Assembly: GCA_051294375.1 (NCBI GenBank)
Contig: CM119264.1
Coordinates: 19,289,590 to 19,353,589, forward strand
Direction: 5' to 3'
From: Paraspadella gotoi
Taxonomy: Eukaryota > Animalia > Chaetognatha
DNA length: 64,000 nucleotides
Numbering within the stretch: position 1 is the stretch's first letter; each line of letters starts with the position of its first letter. Under the pieces are notes generated by a model that had not been told where the DNA came from, made no database searches, and worked only from the letters and a program-made list of their open reading frames with translations. Shown here piece after piece: positions 1-13,212 of the stretch. The position numbers were made by a program, and so were the translations under genes.

Positions 1-91
1 TCAAGGTAAAAAAAAAACGTTTTTTAAAAATTTTATATGTATTTAGTCAAATTATATTGAAACTATTAACTTCAGAACACACTGTTTCCAG

Positions 92-231
92 GCGAGCGAC
101 GCTTCGAGATCAATACTGAAAGTTCTGGTTACGGTGTCGTCGCCGACGCAGTCTCACCGACCCCACGAGTACCGACTCTGGCTTTCGTAGAATCTGAGGA
201 ATACAACGAAGAGCTTTTGGCGTTGCGCTCG
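92..231 (+). CDS. Penultimate coding exon of an unidentified plus-strand gene that starts upstream of the window
   Basis: Donor AAG|GTAAAA at 5/6, acceptor tttccAG at 91. Open frame (G)ERRFEINTESSGYGVVADAVSPTPRVPTLAFVESEEYNEELLALRS, donor GT at 232. Phases (1 then 0) are consistent. An alternative frame ending HEYRLWLS* is possible. Confidence 0.5.
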
Positions 232-276
232 GTGGGCGTTAAGCGACTCTTTTTCTTTTTATTCTTTTTTTCTTAG

Positions 277-294
277 GTGCTTGGCGTCTCTTAA
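277..294 (+). CDS. Terminal micro-exon VLGVS* after a 45-nt intron
   Basis: Intron 232-276 has a strong T-rich tract and ends tcttAG; GTG CTT GGC GTC TCT TAA follows in phase 0. Confidence 0.4.
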   Translation: MLGVS

Positions 295-339
295 GACGTC
301 CAGTGGGAAATCAAGGACGATGACGAGGAAGCCGCAATG

Positions 340-378
<39 letters not shown>

Positions 379-529
379 AGAGAGGAGAGAGAGAAAGTGA
401 TAGAAAGTTAGATGGAGAAAGAGAGTGAGATGGAGAAAAAGAGTAAGAGAGAGAGAGAGAAAATGAGAGGGAGAAAGATAGAGAAAAAAAAAGTTTGAGC
501 AACAATGTCGGATCTGCCCACGATCATTA

Positions 530-755
530 TAATTAATTAATTAATAATTAATAAATTAATAATTAATTTAAGTTAATTAATTATTTAATTAATTAATTAT
601 TAATTTATTCAAATTAATTATTTAATTAATTAGGCAATTAATTCATTAATTTGATCCAAAAAGTTTGTTTTGATTGATTAATTGACTGATTAATTAATTA
701 TTGGTAAATTAATTGACTAATTGATTAACTGAATAATTATTTGATTAATTAATAC
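530..755. repeat. Low-complexity (TAAT/ATTA) AT-rich repeat
   Basis: Degenerate aattaattaa array seen directly. Confidence 0.85.
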
Positions 756-799
756 ATCTTGCATTTACATTTAAAATAGTTAGTGAAACAGATTCTTTG

Positions 800-1304
800 T
801 TTTTTCTATTTAAACTCATTTCCACTCAAACGATTCCATTCAAACTTAATTTCCAGTTTAATCACACACTTTCCTACCCACATACAAAATTTCAAGTCAA
901 TCGCCCCATCCACTCATGAGTAGTTGGTGTTCAAATTGTGAATTACATTTTTTGTTTTTTCCATTTAAACTCATTTTCACTCGGACGATTCCATCGAAAC
1001 TTTATATCCAGCTCAATCACACACTTCCCTACCCACACACAAAGTTTCATTCCATCCATCCATCCAATCACGAGTAATTGGTGTTTTTTGCTAAGGTGGG
1101 ACGGACGGACGGACGGACGACGGACGGACGAATGGACGGACGGACAGACAGATGGACGGACATCGTTTTTTGGCATAATTTATCATAATTCGATGTTCTG
1201 ACATGATATAAGTGAATGCCCGACAAGATTGAGGGGGCGGACCGACGGACCGACAAAGTGAATTATAGAGCCGGGATCTGCTAAAAGCAGATCCGACTAA
1301 AAAA
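800..1304 (+). mobile_element. DINE-1/HINE-like non-autonomous Helentron-type element
   Basis: Two ~155-bp tandem units (about 800-953 and 955-1085), a (GGAC/AGAC)n microsatellite at about 1099-1162, a terminal hairpin ggatctgct-aaa-agcagatcc at 1274-1294, then gactaaaaaa. This matches the known architecture of DINE-1-like elements. Confidence 0.65.
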
Positions 1305-1343
1305 GTAAGATGCAGAAAAGAGAGAGTAGGAGAAGAGAGCGAG

Positions 1344-1399
<56 letters not shown>

Positions 1400-1831
1400 G
1401 TAAAAAATGGTATTATCAAGAGATATTTTGGCCAACTTTTTTATAATATACATAGTACAACCGAAAGACTGAAAAGAGATTACCAATATAAGAGAAATCG
1501 TTGCGGTTGTTTCGGTTTAATTATCTTTTCTCCGTTTGCTTAAAGAAAATATGTACGGGCCAATTCAGCCTCTGACTATGAGAGCCAACGCAAAAATTTG
1601 AAGAAAAAAAAACCGCTATAAAATATAAGAGAAAAATAGGAGAAAGTAAAAAGAAGAATCGTTGAACAAAAAACAATGACGAAGGCGAATTCCGATTATG
1701 ATGGGTCGAGATCGAATCGGCGAATGTAGAGAAAAAATATTTCTGCAAAACAATGTTTTTTATTGTCAAAGTACTTCGTGAAGAACGAGTCGAAGAGGGG
1801 GGTTGTGACAACCGGCTAGTGAAGGAGCAAA

Positions 1832-1882
<51 letters not shown>

Positions 1883-2105
1883 ATGAGAGAGAGAAAGAGA
1901 GAGGGGGATCATCGCTCGAAACTATCGGGGGAGGAAAGGTAAAGAGGAAAAAAATGTGAGAGAGATTTAAATTCCTGATAAAAAGAAAATCGTAAATTTA
2001 GACAGGAGGGAAAAATTAAAAAAATAATTATGCCGGTCAAAAAATTGAACAAAATATTAGTAATAAAAACATACAAATTGACTTCTTTTTTGACAGCTTT
2101 ATTGA

Positions 2106-2694
2106 CAGTTAGGGTGGAGTGATGAAAATATTATTTTGCTCCCACCGTATATATAATTAAAGAAAATTATAACTTTAAAAAATAAATTTAGAACAACAAT
2201 AAAGCAAATTTTATTTTTTTTGTAATAATATCCTTATAAATTTGTAAAATTTCAAATTTATTTAAAAAAAAATTTAATAACAGATTCGAATTCGTCAGAA
2301 TAAAGAAAAATTATAAAATATGTTATGAAAGTTGCAAAATAACTTGTTTCCTGTTATATGAGATTTTAATATTAAAGCTGCAAAAAACGACAAAAACTAT
2401 AAGATAGTTTATACTACAAAACATTAAAAAGTTGATAATTTTGACTGAAGACAAAACAATTTGTGATAAAATGTTTTATATTTTTGGTTTTTCTTTTTAT
2501 GATAAATCTGAATCTTTAATTATTTTGAAAATTCTTATTTTATAAGGATAATACTATAAATAAATTGTATTTTGCTTTTCTGTTTCTTCCTATTAATAAA
2601 ATATTCTTTTTATTCAATAATCATACTATTTAGCATAAAATTATTATTAATTGACTCAAATCAAATTTTGGTTCTCAAGTGCTCCACTCTATTG
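2106..2694. mobile_element. MITE family A copy (Tc1/mariner-like TIRs)
   Basis: Left cagttagggtggagtga, right gtgctccactctattg. Interior is homologous to 40563-41157 and 18925-19262. Confidence 0.65.
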
Positions 2695-3859
2695 ACAGGG
2701 GTCGGTTCGCTGTTCTGAGAGAGAGGTGCACGATTCAAAGCTTTGAAAAATCATCAAATATCGCAATGAGCGGTCGTTTTAGTATGAGTGACAATGATTG
2801 ACAAAGATGCTAGTTTTAAACAGTATTTTTATTTTTTCGCTTTCGCTTTGTCGTTATTTTTTAATTGATTTTTCCTAGAAAATAAAAAGTTTACACCTTT
2901 TCGTCCTCGAAAAGTTAAAAAAGATACCTTTGATCAATTTTGTAGCAAATTTAACCAATTTTGGGGTGGTTATCGCATGTTTAAAAAGAACATATTAACG
3001 AAAATTACCACAATTATCGTCGGCTAAGAACTAGGAAAAAAGAGGCGCCGGCATTCATTTCTTCCCGGTCGCACGCGCTGTGATAATAAGCTTTAAAAAC
3101 TTTCAAACTTTAAACGTAAAAAGGATAATTTTGACGTTTTCGGCTGCCGCACCGACGCCAGACGTAATTTATGAGCACCTTACTGAGGCGAGGGTTATGA
3201 GTTCAAGTGAAAAACATACTCTGAAACCGGATCAATGACCGAGGACAGAGAGAGAGCGAGAGAGAGAGAATGTATCATCAACGTTGCAAAGTGAACGTTT
3301 GATGTTAATTCAAATTTGAAAACAGTTGGAGTAAAAATAAACTATGGTGTTTTTTCCGCTATGTTGTCTCTTTAACGTGAGAGCTTAAATCGGATATGAA
3401 CCGTTTTCTTTGCTAATTTTTAGGTTTTTTACTCTTCAGTTAAAAGTCTCCGCAGAAATTTATATGACTTTACTGTCATCCCCAGTATTGGTTGGTTTCT
3501 GCTCGCGAATTGTCTCAGTTACGATCTCCTCCGAACATTTATGCAAATAAATGCGTTATCTTTCGTAGTCTGGGCCTCTGAGCTTCGCTCATATATACTC
3601 AGATCATAAACGTCGAGTTCATATTGCTTAGATCACCCATAAATACTTTTAAAAGCCTTCGATTTCTCCAGACCAGTGACTTACCTCCCAGATGTGAGTC
3701 TTTCTGAGTGAATTTATAGTAAAAATGTTGATCAAACGTCCATAGTTACCTGAAATGATCTCAATCATAGGTGAAACGTAGAAGTTGTGTGTAATCTAAC
3801 AAGAACAGTAATTCAAATGTGTTGCGACGCACTGACTGCCTTATCACGTGTATTTCTCG

Positions 3860-3909
3860 TGACATGACATGACGTGACATGACAAGACGTGACATGACTA
3901 CATGACTAC
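3860..3909. repeat. (TGACA/TGACG)n pentanucleotide repeat
   Basis: gacatgacatgacgtgacatgacaagacgtgacatgac seen directly. Confidence 0.85.
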
Positions 3910-4059
3910 AATAAGTTTCTTAGTCCGTGTATTTCTGACACGCACTGCATCGGAATTTTGTTTTTTATTCTTTATAGTTTTAGGATTTCCTAAAGGCGGC
4001 GCTAGCATTCCCTTAGATTTGATGTTTTTTCCTGTCTTGACAAATGAGCAACAAAATAT

Positions 4060-4130
4060 ATGCATTTTTAGCGTAAGTGGGACAGACCGACCGACCGACC
4101 GAAAAGTGACTCGGCGAGTACAACTAATAA
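4060..4130 (+). mobile_element. Degenerate DINE-like fragment
   Basis: gcatttttagcgtaagtgggacagaccgaccgaccgaccgaaaagtgac resembles 1083-1110 and 1241-1262. Confidence 0.5.
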
Positions 4131-4168
4131 AGCGTAGCTGTTAAAAAAAACTAATTAATTAATCTATA

Positions 4169-4394
4169 TATGAAATTGATACAACCAATATAAAAATTAT
4201 CGATTCATTTAATAAATAAGCTAACTTACCCCTAACTTTGGACCGGCTTTGGTGGCTTAAGGCCTGCATCCCTCTTACAAGATAATGACAATCAAGACTC
4301 ACAGTCTCGTTTATTCACTCCCAGAGTACCTGGCTTCCCTATCAATGAACTGGTATAATATTTCAAAGATTGTTTCAATTGTATGTAAAGACCA
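4169..4394. repeat. Interspersed repeat family B
   Basis: Reverse complement matches 43251-43503. The shared end (tatgaaattg.t.caaccaatataaaaattatc.attcatttaataa) recurs at 11949-11997. Confidence 0.8.
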
Positions 4395-5020
4395 TATATA
4401 TAATCTCTGCGGTCTTTTTAATAATACTCTCATCACAGATACAGGACAATAGATTAACCTATCGGTGATCGAGGCTTGACTCAGATCAGAACCACGACGA
4501 GAGAAGACGGAAAACCGAAAGAGGGAAACCGAAGGATAAACTGAAGGATAAACTTCATCACATATCTATCGACTTCCAAACTTTGAAAGACTCGAGATTT
4601 CAAATTTTAAGAATTCATTGATATTTCTTTATCATCAATGCTCCAGCGGATAATTGACCGCTGCTTTCTCCCTTTTCGCCATTGCCTCGAATTTTCAATT
4701 ATGAGAAAAATTGAAGTAAAAATATTTTAATCAAGCTCTTAAATAATATTAGGTTTACTTGAAATCAAAGCGGCTAAAAGATCAACGGTGCATCGGATAA
4801 CTAATTTAAAAAAAATTCAAGTGAACTCTCCAATGAATGTGGTTCATTGCTAGTTTTTATTTATGGGGATCTATCACCGGACCGAGGTAACTGAAAAAAG
4901 TAAAAAACAAAACAAAAAAATATAAAACAAATAAATTTATTTCCTGTCAATTTTATTGGCGTTTTAATCTTTTCGGTTCACTGGTGAGAGAGAATAAAAA
5001 AGAAATAAAGAGAAAGAATG

Positions 5021-5080
<60 letters not shown>

Positions 5081-7986
5081 AAATGCGATAAAAAGGCCAT
5101 ACAATATTATGGTCGATAAGGTCAAAAACCGGCGCGTTATATCTCCTTGAGGACCGACCTCATTTTCAGTTAAATTTGAAAAGACTAATGAATATTTTAG
5201 CTTTTGTAGAAACTAAATCGTGAATCTCCGTTCTCGAACCTACGAGAGAAGATTAATCTATTTTAAATGCTTTAAAAAAAGATTAATGCCGTCGGTACAC
5301 GGTTCCCTAGACACCCCGAAAAAGAAAATAGAAATAACCCATTTTTAAAATACAAAAAAATGAAAAATATAGTGTTTTTACTTAGTAGTTAAGTCAAAAA
5401 ATTCTGATCCAAGCGAGTTTCTCTTTAATTTAATTTTAAAGTTTTATTATATTTTTTTATACAAAATAATGATGAATTATTAACGGCTGTGTCATTCTTT
5501 GTCAAATTTTACGTTCTTTTTATCAATCAATTTATGACGAAAATTTACCAAACTTTTAAATTTCTCGACTTTCTCGAATTTTAGCCATAAAAAACTGTTA
5601 GTTGAGCAGAAAACTGACTTCATATATTTTCTCAACATAATTGTTTAGGAGTTTCGGAAGACAATAGAAACTAACAACAACCACTCTTTAAGAATTTGTC
5701 ATGAGATGGATCAATGCAATGGCTTGCGAATTGTAATTTAAAAAAAAATTGATGCAAAAACGTAACTGATGCCTCCTGGCAAATCAGTTTCAATTTTAAG
5801 CAGCTAATTAGAAGCTCTATCTTTCCTCAAGATTACTGAGAGACTATTTTTTTTGCAACTAATTTTTTTCAGTAATAATTGTTTTGGATAAACAAGAAAA
5901 AAAATTAGCTAAATTTTTCATAAAAAAAATTACAAAAAATGAAACAGAAAACGCCCTTGGGCGGTCAGGGTAACAAATCTTAACTTAGCTTTTAAAAAAT
6001 AGCAGAGGTAAAATATACTGATGATAAATCATTACCCGTTTGACTCTGACTCTCTCTCCCTCTCTCTCTCTCTCACGGCGAAACGTATCGATCACCAGGG
6101 CTACGATGATTTTAATTTTATTTGTAGGAATTGTTGCTGAAGTTCATTTATTAGGCAGACGTCGGCTTTGTGTCGAAACACATTCCAATAAAATGTCCGA
6201 GTCAGTGTAGTTAACGTCGAACCTCCTACCACGATTCGCTCGTCCTCCGAGGTGAGGATTTGGGATGAGAAAGGACTCTTTTAAATTTCCTTTGTCACTT
6301 CGTTCATAGAATAAACTATCCTATTTATATTTCTTTTGTAATTAAGCTCACTCTGAGTTCCTCCACGAAAAACGATTTAAACTATTTAAACAATTCTTCA
6401 GTATTGAGTTTATCTAATTTTTCTTTACAAAGATTACTCATTTTTTATAATAATTATAATACTAATAATGATAATATAATATAATATAAATATATAATAA
6501 TATATTAATTAATGAGGATATCTGTGCAAATACAAAACAATTTTTATTTTGAAAAATATTTCAATATGCCTTTTTATACGTATCAGATAAAATTATTTTT
6601 AAAAAAATGTTGCTATTTTGCTGTCCTCATTATGAAACATCAAATTATTGTAATCATCACTAATTTTTTATTAATTAGAATAACTAATTTTTTCTAGTCG
6701 AAGATTTCGCCAGTTTAAAAAAAGCAAGTTAAAAAAATAATATAAAAAAAACATGAAAGCTCTTGACATTCGTTGATGGACCGTCGACCCAGAGAGCGAC
6801 CGAACGGCAAAAGCTTTAGATTAGCTCGGCCTCCCACCCTATCGTTTTGCAACGTTTTGTTTTGAATCAAGGAGAACAAGCAAAGCTAATCTTTCTACAC
6901 TAAAGTTCAGTTCATTGAACCAAAAAAAAAGTTTTTTTTTCTGCGGTTTTCACTATAAAGCGGCAAGAATAACCGTCTTGTTTCTTTTATTGATATTGTT
7001 AACGAAATACTCGAGCTTTTAACAGTTCGAAATTCAAATTATTTCTTTTTACAAATCATTCGTAAGAGACGAATCACAACAATAGGTGTGTCAGGTGTGG
7101 CCAGTGTGGCCACTATTTTCACGATCGATCTCGAGGGAAGTGGAGGGTTTCGTTTCCTCCCTAGTAATAGATTCGTTGCTCTTTAGTTTCAAACAGTTTT
7201 CGTTCGACGATTTAAGCGCCCCGCGTGGCCCACGGGCGAGGCCTTGGGAAATTCGGGCTCGCTAGAATAAAAAAAAAATTTAATCATGTTTTGACGAAAT
7301 TTGACAAAACGACGAAAAAATTGAAAAGGAAAATGGGGAAAGATAATTAAGAGGGGCCTGAGGTTTGAAAGGGAGACTAGAAAGAGAATCGAGATTTAGT
7401 ACCAGACCAAAAAAAAAATTCGTTAATGATATGAAGAGAATCATCACAACTCTTCTGGATTAGATGAGAGGATGACGTAGATGACGAGGGTAGGGTATGG
7501 CAAGAGTTTCTCTAACGAGTTCGCGGAGAGATATGAGAGAAGGACCGGCCGGCCCGCTCGACGAAGGGAGAAAAAAATACTCAAACATTGGGTCGACCGA
7601 AGCTCAACCAGTTGGGGCCGTGGTTGTTGTTATTATCATTAAGCCGGTTCGAAGGGATACGCGACCTCCCCTTCCTCCGTACCAAGCCTGTATCACCAAT
7701 GTTTAGCTCGGACCTCGGCGTCCCGAACTCTTAATTTTCGAACCATTGTCGCGCTTGGAACGATTCAGCCAATAAGAAAGCGAGAGCTCGTCGTTCCCGT
7801 CGAGAACGGAGCAGCGAATTAACCCCGGCCCCGATGACAACTCATAAAATCGTTAATAAGGCTCTTAGGCTCTGAGACGCTCTAAGCTCGAGCCTTAAGA
7901 AGGGCCTATCTAAATATGGGAGGAAACAGAGAAATGTTTGAGAACCGAAATAAAAAAAATACCAAAATCCTACCACCATCGTTTAT

Positions 7987-8052
<66 letters not shown>

Positions 8053-8549
8053 GAGGGTTTCCTGGTTTGGAAGTTTGGCGTCCCTTCTCCTTCTTTTTCC
8101 CTTGTAAAACAATGACCCGACAGTCGACCTCATCTTGCCCAATGATCGAACAGTTGACCCAACTCGACCTCGTGTTCTCGTTCACAATAAAATCGAAAAC
8201 ACGAAAGCCTCAGCCGGAGGATAATGGTTTTCTTTCGGGTGCCTCGTTATAAAGAGAGCTTAAATAGTGAAACGAAAGTACTAGGTATTAAATCCTTTTC
8301 AAACCTAAAATCAATTTTATTTATTGTAAGCTTAGGAACTCGAAGGCAAACACATTCTGTCACCCCATTCGTTAAAAGATTCTAAAGACTCTGCGTTCTC
8401 GTTTTAACCGAACTCTTTCACCACAGATTTAGTGACGCGCCACTGACTCTTCTGAAAACGTTAACGACTGAATCGTCGTCGTCGTCGTCGTCATCTAGTC
8501 AACTTTTTGGAGCCACTTTTCACCAAAGGGGAACTCGATCCTAAGCAGC

Positions 8550-8614
<65 letters not shown>

Positions 8615-9949
8615 GTTGGACTCGAATACGAGAGAGAGAGAGAGAGGGAATGCGATTCATTCATATGGTGCCGGGTTGTTTTCATGAGAGGATCGTTTCC
8701 TCGTGACTTTCCAAAACAACCAGAGAAGCCAACGGAGGCCAACGTTTTTCTTGTTTTTGGCTTCGCTAGTCACTTTCGTGATACTCGTCTCTGTTATTGA
8801 CAAAATTGTTCTTCATTTTGGAGTTTTCATCCGTTTTCACCTTTTCCATCTTTTTTTCTTTTTTTGCATTCCTTCAAGGTCCATAATTCCATCGGATTGA
8901 AAATAATTTATTTTAAAAAAAACCAGCAAACGAAATGAAACCAAAAAAATATAAAACATTTTTGCCTCTGATGATGACTTATATCGAAATATTTGGGAAA
9001 AATTCTTCTTTTTCATTGATAAATGCACTTTTCTCCATGATGAAAATATATATTTATATTAAATTATTAGTGCTTGCGATGACGTTAAAAGAAAAAGAAA
9101 AAAAAATTTTGAATACTACTTTTAAAAGTAAAAAAATTAAACTTGACTATCTGCTTCTGACTTCCACTTGAAACCGCTCGAATAAAAATAAACTTTTACT
9201 ACCACTATATTAATCCCCAATGTAAAGCAGATGAAATCAACTTAAGTAAAATTTGTTTAAAAATGCGAGCTTTAAACTGATAATTTTAGGTGGCTCATAG
9301 AATTTTTTTCAGGCGCTAACTTCGCGTCGTTATTTAGTCTCATTCCTGCCGCCTCAAAAGGATTATTTTATTCATTTTTTTTATTCTTGTTCTCGGCTCA
9401 GAGGCCTTTGTCTTTCACTGCTCTTGCTTTATTCATATCAGTTGTTTGTTGGTTTCAAGAATTAAGGCGCTTAGTTTGAACTTTTATGGGACCAGCTAAG
9501 AAATCTTTTTTTTAAAATTAGTCATTTAAGATTGAGTATCCTCATTGCGCGTTTTTCTTCTCTTTATTTTTTAATAATCTTCATATTAAAGGAGATTTGC
9601 ACCAATTCTATTTTAGCTTTTTTTTCTTGCTCTTTTCTTCCTTCCTTTGCTCTCCCGCTTTTCTCGTCGCTCTCCTAAGGCGCGCGAGGGCTGGGGTCGT
9701 ATATCAATCTTTACTGGCTTTGAAAGCCTCTGTTTAAGAGTTAAGATGCCTTCACATCCACGGGGAAAGATGAAGAAAAAGGAGCGCGAATGGAGGAAAG
9801 GGAAAAGCCTTTCAAAAGTTGGGCTCCCGGTCGTAGAACGCGGTTAGCCTCGGCGTCGCCCAACCCGACTCTCTCCGCCGCAGCTTCGCCTTACCTCATT
9901 CTTTATTTTTCCATTGTGAATCAGTTTTTGCGACAGATGTCTTTTCTTT

Positions 9950-10035
9950 CACCAAGAGGATTGCGTGGCCGGTCGGTCGGTATGTCTCTCCGTTGGTCTG
10001 TCCCGCTTATGTTAAAAATGCTCATAACTCGCCCA
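9950..10035 (-). mobile_element. Degenerate DINE-like fragment, reverse orientation
   Basis: Reverse complement catttttaacataagcgggacagaccaacggagagacataccgaccgacc matches the 4060 copy. Confidence 0.5.
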
Positions 10036-10589
10036 TAGTTGTTTGCTCATTTATTAAGACAGGAAAAACCACCAATCTAAGTGACTGCTACTGGTAGTGG
10101 TCGGAAATCTTTAAACTTTAAGGAATAAAAGACGAGATTTCATTGCAGTGTGTGTCGAAAATTCATAGGCTAAGGAAGTCAATGCGGCGCAACACACATT
10201 TGAATTTCCGTTCTTGGATGTTTGGAGAAAAAATTATTTTTCGAAAATTCTCGACGCCTCTTCTGTAAATACATCCTTTAGCTTAAAAGACTATCCACGG
10301 TTGCAGAATTGTGTTATTTCTTATTAACTGGAAATTTTAAGACCCTTTAACAGGTTTTAATTTATCATTCCCAAAATTTATTTCCTTCACACATACGGTC
10401 GCGCGGTTTTCACCACACCCCACCCGCTTTAATCCCGTTGATTCCCTTCATCCTTTTCACCTCATTAGCCCCGTCCTCCGCCCACGCATTTGCTTCATTC
10501 CCATCACGTCATTAACCCTCTTCGCTTTTTCCGACTCGTTTCCTTCAACTCAACCCCTCTCGCCCGACGGCGTATGTCGCTTCGAGTTT

Positions 10590-10706
10590 TTTCTCGCTCC
10601 AGTCTTGCGTTCGACTCCTCAACCCCACTTCGCGACCCCTGCTCCACTTTCTCGCTCCAGTCTTGAGTTCGACTCCTCAACCCCACTTCTCGACCCCTGC
10701 TCCACT
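10590..10706 (+). repeat. 58-bp tandem duplication (2 copies, 2 mismatches)
   Basis: ttctcgctccagtcttg(c/a)gttcgactcctcaaccccacttc(g/t)cgacccctgctccac at 10591 and 10649. Confidence 0.9.
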
Positions 10707-11948
10707 CCCAATAGGATCGCTAATCACCTCACGCGGTATTGAACGAGACAGTTAAACGTCTGTGTTGCCTTGAAATATCTTAAATTACACATATAATTGA
10801 CATTTATATCAATCGATTTACTTTTGTATCGATCCATTGCCCTTCCAACTTTCTCCCTTCTTCTGACTCTCTTATCTTTGAGCGATGTTCGAACTTTCGA
10901 AAGTTACTCCATCCTCGGAGGCCGAGACTCGCGTTCGCCGGCTTCCAATTCCCCGTCCCCCACGGGTCTTTGCCTACTTGCTGTCGGAAACTAGTTTTGT
11001 TTGTTTTTGTTTTGAAGATCTTTTTTCGGTTGCCGGGTATGAGGAGCCGCGAGGAGGTGGAGTGGCTTAACTTTGTTCAATAAAAAGGATTTTGAGAGTT
11101 TAGTCGCGTATCTTCGAAACATTTAAAAAAGTTCAAAAGGTTTCTAGAAATTTTTCCTGTCTGTCGGAGAGTGGGACGATGGAACCTTCTGTTTGCCGGA
11201 ATGCTCTTACGTAAATTGTGAAATTTATGGATTATGAAATAATTCTATTACTTCTGTCTTTATTATTTTTTTATTTTCAAAGAAGAGTAGTTATAATTTT
11301 TTCAAGTACTGCCAGATCATTTATTTCGCTCGATGTCCGATCTCCTTCACCCCATTTTGCCTAACTCCTTTCTTCGGTTTTACTAGATGTTCCAAGCCGA
11401 TACTTTCTCGACTTTTCTCGTCGCCTTGGCGAAATCTGGACGCCAGACTACATTTAGGTATCGAACATCGATGAACTTGATATTATCATACTTCGTTTCA
11501 GTCGGTTTCGTCGCTTCGGTAGCTTTCTTTTTTCAAGTCCTGATGTTTTCTTTTTTTCCTTATTCCATTTTAATAGTATGTTGCACAATGAATTCTCTTT
11601 TTCGCTACGCAAAATTCACAAATTTATGAACGAAAATCAGTCAAGAATTCTAATTCACAGCGACAATTTTTTTTTTTGACAAAACCGCCATGAATTTCTG
11701 CGCGAGGCGGCGCCGGCGCTCAGGCCCAGCATTTGTCACTTCGGTTTGGCGTTTCCGGCGCGGCCGCTCGGCGGACTCCCTTTCCCTTTCACACACCCGC
11801 GGTGGTGAGACAAAAATATTTGACGTCCGAGATGACGATGACGACGACAGTGTTGACGACGACCAACCGGTGACACATGGGACGGTTTGGGCGGCGAATT
11901 GTAGGTTGCCCCGACATATATATGTACCAATTATGAATTTTTACACTC

Positions 11949-11997
11949 CTTATGAAATTGGTGCAACCAATATAAAAATTATCCATTCATTTAATAA
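11949..11997 (+). repeat. Family B terminal fragment
   Basis: About 49 bp nearly identical to 4169-4215 and to the reverse complement of about 43456-43503. Confidence 0.7.
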
Positions 11998-12442
11998 TCT
12001 ATCTATTATGTTTGCTGCTGCCACCCGGACAAAGATGCTAGCAATAATTGCAATGATAACCGAATAGATTGAGTTTGGGTTTATTGTATATTCTACGTAG
12101 TAAGCCTTCCCTAATGTATGTCGAGTAAGGATTGGCTTTTTTTGTGAAGAAGGTAAGGATTTAGGTTCTGCCAGTTCAGTAGGCTGTCGCTTCGGCTGAG
12201 GAAAAAAAAAGAAATAAATTCTTATTATCGCAGAGTAGAAGAATTGGAAGAGAAAGTGAGAGAGAAACGTTGAAAGAGAAAGAAAGGGACAGGAAGAGGG
12301 AGAGAAATCTAGAGGTGAAAGAAAGAAAATTCTTTTTTAAAAACAGATAACAATTGTCTTGCGAATGAATTTTAAAATTATTTGAAATCAGTACTTTTAC
12401 TTCAGCTACGAGAACTAAAAGTTGAAAATGGTTTTTTTTTCT

Positions 12443-12487
12443 GACTCAGCGACTGTCCCTCTAAGTTAGAGGGACAATCGCTGAGTC
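12443..12487. other. 45-bp near-perfect palindrome
   Basis: gactcagcga-c-tgtccctctaa-g-ttagagggaca-a-tcgctgagtc: 22-bp arms, 1 mismatch, 1-nt centre. Confidence 0.9.
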
Positions 12488-13212
12488 TAACGCCTCAAAA
12501 CGCTAAACTACCGCTAGTTTAATATACTAACTTACGAATCTGTTATTAGAAATAAAAACCACACTCTAATAAAATTGAAATAAAGATTTATATATATAAA
12601 TAATAGTATCACGTAACAGTTGACTGGTATTTTTTATCACCATTTGTAAGCGGATAGGAGGTATGTGGCAGACCGACGAGTGCCCTGCAGTGACAACCTA
12701 GGCACCGACAGCCGGCAGCGCCCGGAGGAAGGGCCAACGACTGTCGTAAACAGTTGAGGCAAAGTCAATGAAAGAGAAGTTGATATGGAGGTTGGGATGT
12801 GGCGGAAAAGGGGGTATGGAAGGAGAGGGAAGAAGGGACCAAAAAAGGCAACGAAACAAAGAAGAAGACAAAGAGAAAACCGTTTGAACATCACTTTTTT
12901 ACAACTACGTGCAGTTTTACTACCAAACGTCGCTACTTTAGCTTTTCCATAGCCTCCAATAAATTTTACATTGTTTATTTTCTTTGGTATCACATTTATC
13001 TATCCCTATTTTTCCCCATTGTCCTAGGAGTTAACGTAAATTTTATGTTAACAACTCTATCGGCAATATCGGACAAGCGCGGGACGATATCGGCATTTTC
13101 TTGCAGAAAACAATCGAGAACGATATTAAACTCTGACATCGACTCTCGCCCGTCTCCGCCTTTTTCCCGGCAGACCCACAACTTCCTCATCCCCATCCAC
13201 CCAACAAAAGTC

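Noticed and set aside
3170-3210. B-box-like gagttcaag suggesting a tRNA or SINE
   Set aside because: No cloverleaf or clear A-box; too short to support.
7497-7706. ORF ending PPLPPYQACITNV* (PPxY plus PDZ-like C-terminus)
   Set aside because: Short motifs arise by chance, competing frames look equally plausible, and no linked exons were found.
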